From the NCBI GenBank assembly GCA_002298785.1, contig DBMR01000011.1:84979-148978 (forward strand): a stretch of DNA of 64,000 bases. The letters are read 5' to 3'. The position numbers and the translations under genes are program-made. How positions within the stretch are numbered: the first letter of the stretch is position 1; each line of letters opens with the position of its first letter. Under the pieces are notes generated by a model that saw only the letters and a list, made by a program, of their open reading frames with translations, did not search any database and was not told the DNA's origin. This DNA comes from Verrucomicrobia subdivision 3 bacterium UBA693 (GTDB taxonomy: Bacteria; Verrucomicrobiota; Verrucomicrobiia; Limisphaerales; UBA8199). Of the stretch, positions 46,753 through 55,736 are shown piece by piece.

Positions 46753-46781
46753 GCTGTCATGTGGCATGAAATGGCCACAAG
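46753..46781 (-). promoter_or_regulatory. Copy 4 of conserved 29-bp element, between the response-regulator stop and the GH2 operon start
   Basis: The plus-strand sequence is GCTGTCATGTGGCATGAAATGGCCACAAG. It ends 43 nt downstream of the regulator stop (46824), and its core starts 26 nt upstream of the ATG at 46734. ATGACA follows on the minus strand, but no convincing -10 hexamer sits at 16-18 nt. Confidence 0.6.
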
Positions 46782-46823
46782 TTGAACCCACCGGCGGACA
46801 GCGCAGCGGAGCGGCGCTGGTTC

Positions 46824-47456
46824 TCATTTCCTGAGGAACTTCGCCACCGCCTCGGTGCGGGAACGGACATGCAACTTCTCATAGATGCGCCGGATGTAAT
46901 TGCGCACCGTATGGATGCTGACCCCCAGGTGTTCGGCAATTTGTTTGTAAGCCAATCCTTCGGCCAAGCCATTAAGCACTTCGCGCTCCCGTTGTGATAA
47001 ATCCAACATTTCATCGCCTTTGGCCGGGTCGCTTCGAAACGACTGCACCACTTTGCGGGCGATCGACGCCGACATGGGCGAGCCGCCGTCCCGCACTTCG
47101 CTGATGGCTTCCAACAACTTAGCGGGCGATTGCCGTTTCAGCAGGTAACCGCTCGCCCCCGCCGCCAGCGCCCGGAAGATTTTGTCCGTATCTTCAAACA
47201 CGGTGAGCATCAACACCTGGGCCTCGGGCATGAGTTCTCGCAACCGCCGTACACACTCGATGCCATCCATGCCGCCCAGGTTGATGTCCATCAGGATGAC
47301 ATCCGGACGATCCGTGGGCAGATGGTCAAGCGCCTCCTGCGCGCTGGCATAAACGCTCTTGCAGCTAAATCCACCGGCAGCCTGGAGATAACCGCCGATA
47401 TGCTCTCGCAAATCCGCTTCGTCGTCCACAATCGATACGGTAATGGTTTTGTTCAT
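46824..47456 (-). CDS. NarL/FixJ-family response regulator (REC + LuxR-type HTH)
   Basis: 210 aa. REC motifs are VSIVDDEADLRE and DVILMDINLGGMDGIE. The HTH is LSQREREVLNGLAEGLAYKQIAEHLGVSIHTVRNYIRRIYEKLHV. It overlaps the kinase stop by 4 nt. Confidence 0.9.
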   Translation of the reverse strand: MNKTITVSIVDDEADLREHIGGYLQAAGGFSCKSVYASAQEALDHLPTDRPDVILMDINLGGMDGIECVRRLRELMPEAQVLMLTVFEDTDKIFRALAAGASGYLLKRQSPAKLLEAISEVRDGGSPMSASIARKVVQSFRSDPAKGDEMLDLSQREREVLNGLAEGLAYKQIAEHLGVSIHTVRNYIRRIYEKLHVRSRTEAVAKFLRK

Positions 47457-50400
47457 GAATTGCCGCCGTTATCACTGTTTAAAGGAATCCGCAGGCGCAC
47501 GGTGGCGCCGTGCCCACGATTGCTTTCAATCACGCAATCGCCACCTACTACTGACAATCGTTGACTCATATTGATCAGCCCGTTGCCGCCACGGCCTGCG
47601 GTAGTCACGGGGCTGCCAGAAGCCTTTTCTGTCAGATCATACCCGCAGCCGTTGTCGATGACGGCGATTTCGAACGCCGCCCGGCTCAGGGTCATTTCCA
47701 CGCTCACCTGGTCGGCGCTCGAGTGTTTGAGGACGTTGTTCAACGCCTCCTCGAAACTGAGAAACAGGTTGTGCCGCGTCTCAGCCGATAAAGGGTGATG
47801 CGGAATCTCCCGCGGCAGCCTGATGGCGCACTGCACGGTGGTGTCTTGAAAATATTCCTCGGCGTAATGACTCAGATAGGCCGCAAGATGCTCGAGGGAA
47901 TCGTTGCGCGGATTCACCGCCCAGACGATTTCGTCCAGGGTCTGGAGCAATTCGCGGGAGGTGGCGGCGATGGCTTCGAGCTGGTGCGCCACTGGGCGGC
48001 CTTTGTCCGATTCCATCTTCACCCGTTCGCTCAAAAAAGAGAGTTTCGTCAACTTTGACCCGATATCGTCGTGCATATCCTGGGCGATACGCATGCGCTC
48101 GCGCTCCAGGGCCTGCTGCGCCTCGAGCCGAGCCAGGCGCCGGCGCAATCGCCGGTGGGAAACCAGTCGAACCGTGCCAGCCACCGCTCCTACAGCCGTC
48201 AGAACATAGCCCACGATCGCCGCCGGGGCGCGCCAAAGCGGGGCGGGCACGGTAAAGGCAAACGGCACCGCTGCCTCTTGCCAAACCCCGTCTGCACGGC
48301 TGGCCGCCACCCGGAAACGGTAATCGCCGTACGCCAACCCGGGGTAGCGTACGTGCCGCTCGGTGCCGTCCGCCACCCAGTCCTGGTCGGAGCCTTCCAA
48401 CTTGTGCCGGAAGCGTAGCTTTTCCGGAGCGACAAAACTAAGTGCGGTGAAGTGAAAATCGACCGAGCGGGCATTCGCTAAACGCACTCGAGCGGTTTGA
48501 TTTGTGGATGCGCCGGCCAACCGACGCTCGTTCAACCGCAGGGCCTGGCCGTTGACCAGGATCTCCTCTATGTACACTGGCAGCGGGGCCGACTTCAACG
48601 GGTCGATTCCACTCTTCTCAACGGTTAACAGCCCTTCGGTCGTGGCGAACCACAATCGTCCCTGGGACGATTTCGCCGCTCGGGGCCAGCCGAACCCGCC
48701 GACCGGTTCACTGCTTCTCCGGGTCTCAAAAATCGGCCGGCAGCGCAAGGTCATCGAGTTGGTCAACGCCTCCTGGACCGCGTCCCGCGGCAGCCAGGAG
48801 ATGCCGGCGGCGGTGGCCAGCCACAGATCGCCTTCGGCATCTTCGACCACGCCATAAACGGTGTCGTCCGGCAATCCCTGTGGCGTTGACCAAACCATGG
48901 ATCGCTGTGTCGTCCAGCAACCCAACCCCGCCCCGCCGGTGCCAATCCACAATCTCCCACGCGTATCTTCGTGTAGGGCTAGAACCGCCGCTCCCGCAGC
49001 CGTGTTCCCTTCCTGGACCGCCTTGAACCGACCACGTTCGCCCCGGCAGACCCTGCCGGTTTCGGTGCCCAGCCACAACCCGCCCGATCGCGCCGGCAAC
49101 AACACCGTGACACCCCCTCCCGGCAGGCCGTGGGCACTGTCAAAGGTCGTCACCACCCCCTGGTGCAACCGATGCACCACACCCGACCGGGTGCCGGCCC
49201 AAATGGCTCCATCCGGAGTGGTGCAGACGGAAAGAATAAAACTGTCGGAGAGTCCGTTAATGGTCGAAAACTGCACGCGACGCCCGTTGCGAAAACCAAA
49301 GATGCCGTTGCCAAGTGTTGCCGCCCAGAGTGCTTCATCCGGCGATGTGTAGAGCGACGTGATCATGCTTTGCGCCTCCAACCCCGCCCCGCCTCCGAAG
49401 CGTTCAAATCGCCCCTCTTCACCCACAAACAACCCGCCGGCTTCAAAGCCCGCATACACTCGCCCGCGAGCGTCCACCGCCAGGCTGTTGGCCGGCCCGA
49501 CCGGAAGCCCCTGGCCCACTCTCAACACTTCCACCGATCGCGGCTGAAGCTGCACCAAGCCACCTGCCGACGTGCCCAACCAAAGATTGCCTTCCCGATC
49601 TTCGCAAATCGCCCGCACATCATTGGGCCAATGCAGTTCACTGAGTGTCACCGACTGGAACTTGTTATCCCCAAAACAATACAAACCACGACCGCTGGTT
49701 CCGATCCATAACCGCCCGTCGCGGCCCTCGCAAAGGCTCCAGATCCGCACCGACGCCGCGTCCGCACCCCGGAAATAATTGAAGCGCTTGCCCTCGGCGA
49801 GGTTGATCAAATAGGTATCGCCAAATGCCCAAAGGTTCCCACGCCGATCTTCATAGGCCCCCAGGTATTCCGGACGGCGCCCCTGGCTCTCTGTTTGGAA
49901 CTCATAGGGAATGATATGGCCTTCCTTGAACTGGTACATCCCACTTCGGGTAGTGATCCAAACCACGCCGGAACGCGCCACATGCAAACCGGAAACAAAC
50001 TCATCCGCCAAACCTTCGCGGGTGGTGAAGGCGGAAAACCCCTTTCCGTCCCATCGGTTCAAGCCCGCCCGTGTCCCGATCCATAACCGCCCCTCGGCGT
50101 CTGCCGCCAGGCTCGTGATATTGTCGTCAAGTAACTCACGGCCTTTGCGGTAATAAGTGCTACCACCCTCGTTCAACCGGACGAGTCCCTCCCGTTCGGT
50201 GCCGACCCAAAGTTTCCCGGCGGCATCTTCGCAGAGCGCAGTAATCCGAACCGGTGCATTGCTGCCAGCGACCGGCAACCGGATTTCCGTAAACTTGATC
50301 CCGTCAAACCGCACCAACCGGGCGCTCGTCCCCACCCAAAGGTAGCCGTCACGGCTTTGGAGTATGGTTGTAACAGAATCCCCCGGCAATTCCTCGGGGC

Positions 50401-50524
50401 GATTCCAGGTGCGCACCACAAAGTCACGTGCGGAAACGCCGGGCTCGGCCCCCGCCGCCGCCATCACGCCAACCGCCCCTGCCAGGCAAAGGACGGCGAA
50501 AGCCATGCTCAGTTCACTTTTCAA
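47453..50524 (-). CDS. Sensor histidine kinase with periplasmic two-component-regulator-propeller (Reg_prop) repeats and Y_Y_Y-like domain, HisKA_3 + HATPase
   Basis: 1023 aa, signal MKSELSMAFAVLCLAGAVGVMAAAGA. It has many ~45-aa repeats of the type D..G.LW(I/V)GT..GL. It has a single TM (AAIVGYVLTAVGAVAGTV). H-box ERERMRIAQDMHDDIGSKLTKL, N-box LNNVLKHSSA, G-boxes DNGCGYD and GLINMSQRLSVVGG. Confidence 0.85.
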   Translation of the reverse strand: MKSELSMAFAVLCLAGAVGVMAAAGAEPGVSARDFVVRTWNRPEELPGDSVTTILQSRDGYLWVGTSARLVRFDGIKFTEIRLPVAGSNAPVRITALCEDAAGKLWVGTEREGLVRLNEGGSTYYRKGRELLDDNITSLAADAEGRLWIGTRAGLNRWDGKGFSAFTTREGLADEFVSGLHVARSGVVWITTRSGMYQFKEGHIIPYEFQTESQGRRPEYLGAYEDRRGNLWAFGDTYLINLAEGKRFNYFRGADAASVRIWSLCEGRDGRLWIGTSGRGLYCFGDNKFQSVTLSELHWPNDVRAICEDREGNLWLGTSAGGLVQLQPRSVEVLRVGQGLPVGPANSLAVDARGRVYAGFEAGGLFVGEEGRFERFGGGAGLEAQSMITSLYTSPDEALWAATLGNGIFGFRNGRRVQFSTINGLSDSFILSVCTTPDGAIWAGTRSGVVHRLHQGVVTTFDSAHGLPGGGVTVLLPARSGGLWLGTETGRVCRGERGRFKAVQEGNTAAGAAVLALHEDTRGRLWIGTGGAGLGCWTTQRSMVWSTPQGLPDDTVYGVVEDAEGDLWLATAAGISWLPRDAVQEALTNSMTLRCRPIFETRRSSEPVGGFGWPRAAKSSQGRLWFATTEGLLTVEKSGIDPLKSAPLPVYIEEILVNGQALRLNERRLAGASTNQTARVRLANARSVDFHFTALSFVAPEKLRFRHKLEGSDQDWVADGTERHVRYPGLAYGDYRFRVAASRADGVWQEAAVPFAFTVPAPLWRAPAAIVGYVLTAVGAVAGTVRLVSHRRLRRRLARLEAQQALERERMRIAQDMHDDIGSKLTKLSFLSERVKMESDKGRPVAHQLEAIAATSRELLQTLDEIVWAVNPRNDSLEHLAAYLSHYAEEYFQDTTVQCAIRLPREIPHHPLSAETRHNLFLSFEEALNNVLKHSSADQVSVEMTLSRAAFEIAVIDNGCGYDLTEKASGSPVTTAGRGGNGLINMSQRLSVVGGDCVIESNRGHGATVRLRIPLNSDNGGNS

Positions 50525-50741
50525 ACTCTGTCCGATGATATCTTCGCGCAGAACAGCGTAAAGCGCACTCTCATTCTAATTCCGCTCGGCCCGGTTCCCG
50601 TTTGGCTAACCCATAGGGTCCGCGCCGGGAAACGCCCTCTAAAACCGGAGCGCTTTTGTAATTTCATCAAATCCGCCACGGGTTAAGCTTTGCGTGTCAA
50701 TTCGGCGAGTCGAAGATGGTCTCGCCGGAATCTGAAATCCT

Positions 50742-51320
50742 GTGCTTAAACGCATTACACCAATTCTCGCTCTGACCGCGATCTGCTGGCTGATGTTCGT
50801 GGTCAACAACCTGGCCGGGGAAGGTCGCCTTTCGACACACGGCATCGTTCCCCGCCACCTGGCCAGCCTTCCGGCAATTCTTTGGGCGCCGTTCCTGCAT
50901 GGCTCATTCCAGCACTTGGCCGCCAACACCGTGCCATTACTGGTCCTGGGCGGTATCATTTGCGCCCGCAGTAAATCTGAATTCGCTGTCATCACAATTG
51001 TCGGGATATTGTTGACGGGCGGTTTAATTTGGGGTCTTGCCCGGACCGCCTCTCACATTGGCGCAAGTGGGCTGATCTTTTGCTACTTTGGATACATCAC
51101 CGCTTTGGCTTTCTTTCGCCGCTCAGTGGGCGCGGTGTTGTTATCCGCCGTATGCCTTCTTGGCTATGGTGGAATGCTCCGTGGCATCCTGCCCACCTCG
51201 GCGGCGGTTTCCTGGGAAGGCCATCTCGCGGGTTTGCTGGCGGGGATCGCGCTGGCTTGGATGTCCTCGAAACTCAATCCACCGGCCACAGAGCGCAACG
51301 CAACGCCGACGGCACCGTGA
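50742..51320 (+). CDS. Rhomboid-family intramembrane serine protease
   Basis: 192 aa with a GTG start. Motifs are FLHGSFQHLAANTVPLL (H...H...N), GASGLIFCYFGY (GxSG catalytic Ser) and WEGHLAGLLAG (catalytic His helix). Confidence 0.8.
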   Translation: MLKRITPILALTAICWLMFVVNNLAGEGRLSTHGIVPRHLASLPAILWAPFLHGSFQHLAANTVPLLVLGGIICARSKSEFAVITIVGILLTGGLIWGLARTASHIGASGLIFCYFGYITALAFFRRSVGAVLLSAVCLLGYGGMLRGILPTSAAVSWEGHLAGLLAGIALAWMSSKLNPPATERNATPTAP

Positions 51321-51353
51321 CTTCCGGGCGAAACCCGCGTACCGCGCGAGCTC

Positions 51354-52316
51354 CTATGGTGAGTGTTTGGTCGAAGTCGAGATGACCAAGTCATCCACCT
51401 GCGATGCCAGGTCGGCCAGGTAATCGTCACCCTGCGGATGCCTGGTAAGGGCCACCAGGATGTAGTGCCGGCCGTTACCACTCACCACCGCCGCGTCATG
51501 AAGCCAATTCTCCCAGGAACCGGATTTCCGTATGACATCGAGTCCACGGCCAGCCAGGCCCTTGAGAAATTTGTTGGGGTCGTGAGCCAACTCCGGTGCT
51601 TCGAAGATCTGCCGCATGGTGGCGGATGCCGCTGGTGAGACAAGCCTCCCCTGCTCCAGCAGTAGAAAATACCGTACGAGTTGGCGCACTGTCGCCGCGT
51701 GCGAGTTATCTCCCACCGGATCACCGTATCGTTCGTTGCCGAGCCCGTAATGTTTCCCCACCCAGATTCCTCCTCCATGACTGGCGTCATAAAACCCGTA
51801 GGAATCCAGCACGGCCTGAATCTGCTTTAACCCGAGCAACTGCGAATATTTGGCGGCCATTTCGTTGCTCGAGATCTTTGTCATCAGTCCCAGTTCGCGG
51901 CGGACTTCCGCGTCCAGATTGGTCGCGGCTCCAGGATTGAGTTGAAAGTAAGCCAACAGAATACCGATTTTGGGAATGCTGGCTGCATACTCCACCCGGT
52001 CCGGATGAATGAGCGCCAACCGCGTGGGGTTCAAGTCCAGCAGCCCCACCGCGGTCTGCGCCCCGGTCATGCCATATTTCTCCCGCAGGCTGGAGTCAAT
52101 GCGATCGAGGCCGGGTTGGAGTACGGGATCAACCGGGCTGGTGTAATCCAACGTGTAAGATTGAAAGGAGTTGGTCATTTTCGAATTTGGAGTAGAGCAA
52201 CCGGCGCCGATCACCAGGCTCGCAAGCAACGCCAGCCAGAAGCGACTGCCCTTCAAGTCGCGGGTGATTAGCGGGATCAGCGGGTGAGTTTCCGGACTTG
52301 GCAACTGAAGCTTCAT
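51354..52316 (-). CDS. Lipoprotein with class-A beta-lactamase / serine-hydrolase fold
   Basis: I prefer the start at MKLQLPSPETHP... (ATG 52316), which overlaps the upstream stop as ATGA. The lipobox is LVIGAGC. Motifs occur in order: ASIPK (S-x-x-K), SSN (SDN-like) and KSG (KTG-like). Confidence 0.7.
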   Translation of the reverse strand: MKLQLPSPETHPLIPLITRDLKGSRFWLALLASLVIGAGCSTPNSKMTNSFQSYTLDYTSPVDPVLQPGLDRIDSSLREKYGMTGAQTAVGLLDLNPTRLALIHPDRVEYAASIPKIGILLAYFQLNPGAATNLDAEVRRELGLMTKISSNEMAAKYSQLLGLKQIQAVLDSYGFYDASHGGGIWVGKHYGLGNERYGDPVGDNSHAATVRQLVRYFLLLEQGRLVSPAASATMRQIFEAPELAHDPNKFLKGLAGRGLDVIRKSGSWENWLHDAAVVSGNGRHYILVALTRHPQGDDYLADLASQVDDLVISTSTKHSP

Positions 52317-53578
52317 TTCGCCCGTACCGAATAGCACCAGAGAGAATTCAACTCGCGAACGTAAAGGCGCCCATCCGCCAGCGCCATGTGAGCCCAGGCC
52401 AGAGCCTGCCCCCGGTTCGCGGGACGATCCGGCGGCGTGAACCGCCCCTTTTGGCGATACGCCACCGGCGTCGGCTCGATCAGAACGACGTCTCCGTTTT
52501 CCCCGTGGGCGTAAAGTCGATGATCCGCCGCCAGCCAGGACAAGGCTGGGGAGCGTTCCTGCCACTGAACCGCGCCGGTCTTGAAGTCCACACAGAAAAC
52601 TGAGGGATCGCTCGTGCCATAAAAGTATTCCCCCACTTTGATCACGCTACCCAGGGGACACGGCAGTTTCTTGCTGAAATAGGATTCCTCGATCACGAAC
52701 GTGCCGTCCTTTTTCACCGGCTTGATTACAGAGGCGCCGACCCGGTAAGCGCCGCTGTAAATAAGGCCATCGCTCACCAGCGGGGTCATCACGACCGCCG
52801 GGCTGCCTTTGGCGGTTCGGTCATAAGTCCAAAGCAGCTTGCCGGTTTTCGCTTCCACGCCGACCAGGCTCTTCGAGAAAAATTGCACGTACTGTTTCAC
52901 CCCCGAGAACTCCGCCGCCACCGCTGACGAGTAGGCTGCTTCCTGATCCCCGGGCACCGCGCATTTCCAGAGCAGCGCGCCCGTCTTTTTATTCAACGCC
53001 ACCATGGTGGCGTTGCTGCCCCCAGGGCTGCACACGAGCGTGCCGCCGTCCACCGATGGAGATTCCGCATAAGCCCACTCGCCATATTTCCCGCCAAAAT
53101 CCTCACGCAATTGCTTGCGCCAGCGCTCTTTTCCGGTGGCTGTTTCCAGGCAAACCAGGTCACCGTCCGATCCCAACGCATAGAGCATCTTCCCGTCCAC
53201 CGTCGGGGTTGAGCGCGCCGCCGGATAGTTTGGGTTTTGGTCCGGGTGTCCCACTTTCCCCAGTCTCGCGGTCCACAACCGGTGACCGTCCTTAGCCGAA
53301 AGCGCCAGCACGAACTCATTGGTCAGTCCTTCATTGCTGACCACGAATATTTTGTCTCGCGCCAGGGCCGGCGCGGAAAAACCCCAGCCCAGGTCTTTTA
53401 TCTGCCACACGAGTTTTGGTCCTTCCTTGGGCCATTCCTGGAGCAAATCGGTTTCGGTCGAGTGGCCATTACGTTGTGGGCCGCGCCATTGCGGCCAGTC
53501 CGTGGCCATGGCCGGCGATACCAGGAACCAAAACAAGGAAACCCGAACCAATTGAAGGGATAGTCTGTGCGGCGTCAT
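52313..53578 (-). CDS. PQQ-like beta-propeller repeat protein (BamB/PQQ-dehydrogenase-like fold)
   Basis: I prefer the start at MTPHRLSLQLVRVSLFWFLVSPAMA (ATG 53578), which overlaps the upstream stop as ATGA. TDWPQWRGPQRNGHS follows the signal peptide. Propeller-blade strings recur (LYALGSDGDLVCLETATGKERW, LVALNKKTGALLW, VGVEAKTGKLLW, FCVDFKTGAVQW). Confidence 0.8.
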   Translation of the reverse strand: MTPHRLSLQLVRVSLFWFLVSPAMATDWPQWRGPQRNGHSTETDLLQEWPKEGPKLVWQIKDLGWGFSAPALARDKIFVVSNEGLTNEFVLALSAKDGHRLWTARLGKVGHPDQNPNYPAARSTPTVDGKMLYALGSDGDLVCLETATGKERWRKQLREDFGGKYGEWAYAESPSVDGGTLVCSPGGSNATMVALNKKTGALLWKCAVPGDQEAAYSSAVAAEFSGVKQYVQFFSKSLVGVEAKTGKLLWTYDRTAKGSPAVVMTPLVSDGLIYSGAYRVGASVIKPVKKDGTFVIEESYFSKKLPCPLGSVIKVGEYFYGTSDPSVFCVDFKTGAVQWQERSPALSWLAADHRLYAHGENGDVVLIEPTPVAYRQKGRFTPPDRPANRGQALAWAHMALADGRLYVRELNSLWCYSVRAK

Positions 53579-55512
53579 AGTGATAATTCCGTTGGCAAAC
53601 TGTAATCTCTGCGCCATCCAGTAGCAACCAGGTTTGGGAACTGGCGCAGGAGAGCGTCCCAAAAAGCCAGGTAACCGGTCACATAATGGTTCTCGGTCAG
53701 GCCCTGCCGATCCGGCGCATCCGAGTCACGCCAATAGCCCAGCGGGTCCACGTTGTAATCCTGTCGATAAAGGTCAATGCCCTGGTCGCGAATCAGGCCG
53801 GTGATATGCCGAATCAGCCAAGTGCGCGCGCCATCATGCCCCAGGTTCAGCAGCTTTTGACCGCCGTCCTTTCCCAGCAGCCACGCCGGATTGTTGGTGT
53901 AAAGGAAGGTCCCAGGCGTCACGCGCTCCGGCTCAAACCACACGATGCTCCGCACGTTACGGGCGTGACCATGATCGGTGATGGCTCTTAGCCCGCCGGG
54001 AAACCGGTTGGTGTCCACTTCCCAGGTGCCGGTCTGCGGCCAACCTTTGCCATAGTGCCAATACCAGCCGGCATCCATCCACCAATAGTCCAGCGGCAGC
54101 TTCTCCTCAAGATAACGGTCGATGAACAGCATCTGGCTCCGCTTGTCGGCGTTGATCATTTCCCCATATTGATGCGAGCTGCACGCGGCCATTTGCGGCC
54201 CGAGCGGTTCACCCCCGCGCCGCGGCACGTTGTGGGCCAGCATCCACCGGCGCCAGAGATTTTGGGCCCGCAGCCAGTCACCTTGCCAGAATTGCAGCAC
54301 CAGCAGCGGGGTCCGAATTTCCTCCCCAGGCTGAAGCCGGCAATGCACCTGTTCCTGTCCGGCTCTCACCCGCGCCCGTGTTGCACTCTCGCGCGTGAAT
54401 TCCGCCGACCATTGCCCCGGCCAGCCGACCACCACCACGACGCCTTCGCCCTGGGATTCCAGGTTGAAATAAGGAAACACATGGCCCAGCGGCCGCCCAG
54501 CCGGAGGACTGAAACGCAGCTTTTGGCCCGCTGCCAAATTAGTCGTCAGCGGCTCGAAATCATCCGCGCGGACAAAGGTGCCCTTGTGATGGTGCAGCAC
54601 AAAGTTCGGGCCGCGTTCAAAGCCCAGGTCGATGGCCTGCACCTCGGAGAGAAGCGGCGCCGTATTCGTGCCGGCATTTCGGAAATAAACCGTCCATTCT
54701 ACCGTAGCAAAATCTGAGTATTCCACCCCCACGCACCGCACGTTGAGTTGCGTCTGTGGATCGCTCCAAGAAATGGTGTGCTCGGTGCGGGCCGCGTCCA
54801 GTTTGCGCGAGCTTTGTTTGCGCTCCCAGATTTTCAACCACTCACTCGACGGTTTCCCTTCATAGAAGAACGAAAACGGCGGCTCGGCCGCTTCACCCGT
54901 GCTTTCGCCCGTGCGCAACGGCAGGTCGGCGAGCCAGATTTCCCGGCCATCAACGGTGGTCACTTTCGCCTCGGCCCAGTCCGCCTGGTCGCACGAAATG
55001 CCGTCCGGAGTCTCCGCAATTTGCAGCACAAACTCCCGCGCCCCGGCCAGGTCCACCGCCACCGGTTTACCCGGCATCCCCTCCCTCAAGATCCCGGAAC
55101 AAAACTTCTCCACTCCCCCCAACTCGACGGAAAAATCCACACCGCCTTTCCCACCGCTGGTTTGTTCGTTGCTATCCACGCCAGCGACGGCGGTAAATCG
55201 TGCTCCCGGCCCCGGCAAACGCACGACGATTCTGCTAAAGGCGTGGCAATACAAGCCGCGCGTAAAGGTCTGATCGGCGATGCGCAGCGGGCGACCGGCG
55301 CGCCCGTTTTTTTGAACCGGATCGTGATTGGCCAGCACGACCAAGCCCGGTTCCACTGGAACCGGAGCCGTCACTCCTTCGAAATGCGCAGCCGCCCAAC
55401 GGCGTGCCACAGATAACTCCTCCGGTCGCGTGTTAACCGCGCCGAAAAGTGAAACCGGCGCCAAAACCACACCGAGCAGCGCCAACCCCGATAATAATGT
55501 TCGAAGCATCAT
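53575..55512 (-). CDS. NPCBM-domain + GH36-like (alpha-galactosidase-type) protein, apparently C-terminally truncated
   Basis: 645 aa with signal MMLRTLLSGLALLGVVLAPVSLFGA. The NPCBM-like N-terminus is FTRGLYCHAFSRIVV...FTAVAGVD...GGVDFSV...DQADWAEAKV. The GH36-like barrel strings are DYWWMDAGWY and IDLYRQDYN. The ORF ends at ...FPNLVATGWRRDYSLPTELSL, soon after the position where related enzymes carry the acid/base GG-R-x-D segment. It has no C-terminal beta-sandwich. Confidence 0.65.
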   Translation of the reverse strand: MMLRTLLSGLALLGVVLAPVSLFGAVNTRPEELSVARRWAAAHFEGVTAPVPVEPGLVVLANHDPVQKNGRAGRPLRIADQTFTRGLYCHAFSRIVVRLPGPGARFTAVAGVDSNEQTSGGKGGVDFSVELGGVEKFCSGILREGMPGKPVAVDLAGAREFVLQIAETPDGISCDQADWAEAKVTTVDGREIWLADLPLRTGESTGEAAEPPFSFFYEGKPSSEWLKIWERKQSSRKLDAARTEHTISWSDPQTQLNVRCVGVEYSDFATVEWTVYFRNAGTNTAPLLSEVQAIDLGFERGPNFVLHHHKGTFVRADDFEPLTTNLAAGQKLRFSPPAGRPLGHVFPYFNLESQGEGVVVVVGWPGQWSAEFTRESATRARVRAGQEQVHCRLQPGEEIRTPLLVLQFWQGDWLRAQNLWRRWMLAHNVPRRGGEPLGPQMAACSSHQYGEMINADKRSQMLFIDRYLEEKLPLDYWWMDAGWYWHYGKGWPQTGTWEVDTNRFPGGLRAITDHGHARNVRSIVWFEPERVTPGTFLYTNNPAWLLGKDGGQKLLNLGHDGARTWLIRHITGLIRDQGIDLYRQDYNVDPLGYWRDSDAPDRQGLTENHYVTGYLAFWDALLRQFPNLVATGWRRDYSLPTELSL

Positions 55513-55736
55513 GTTCTCTCCTGAATTCGAGGAAAATCAAAGCCAGAGGTGGGCGAGATCGTCGTCCTCGCCGAAAACTTGGCTGTTGCGTCCGTGTTCC
55601 AGCACCAAGACGGCAACGCTCAATATGACCACCTCGCCATGGGACGAATCCTAACCAAGCATCTGTAGTAGTTCAACGCCGCAAAAGACGATCCCGCTTC
55701 GCGCACCCACTTTCGCATGCGGACCGTCCGGAGGGG

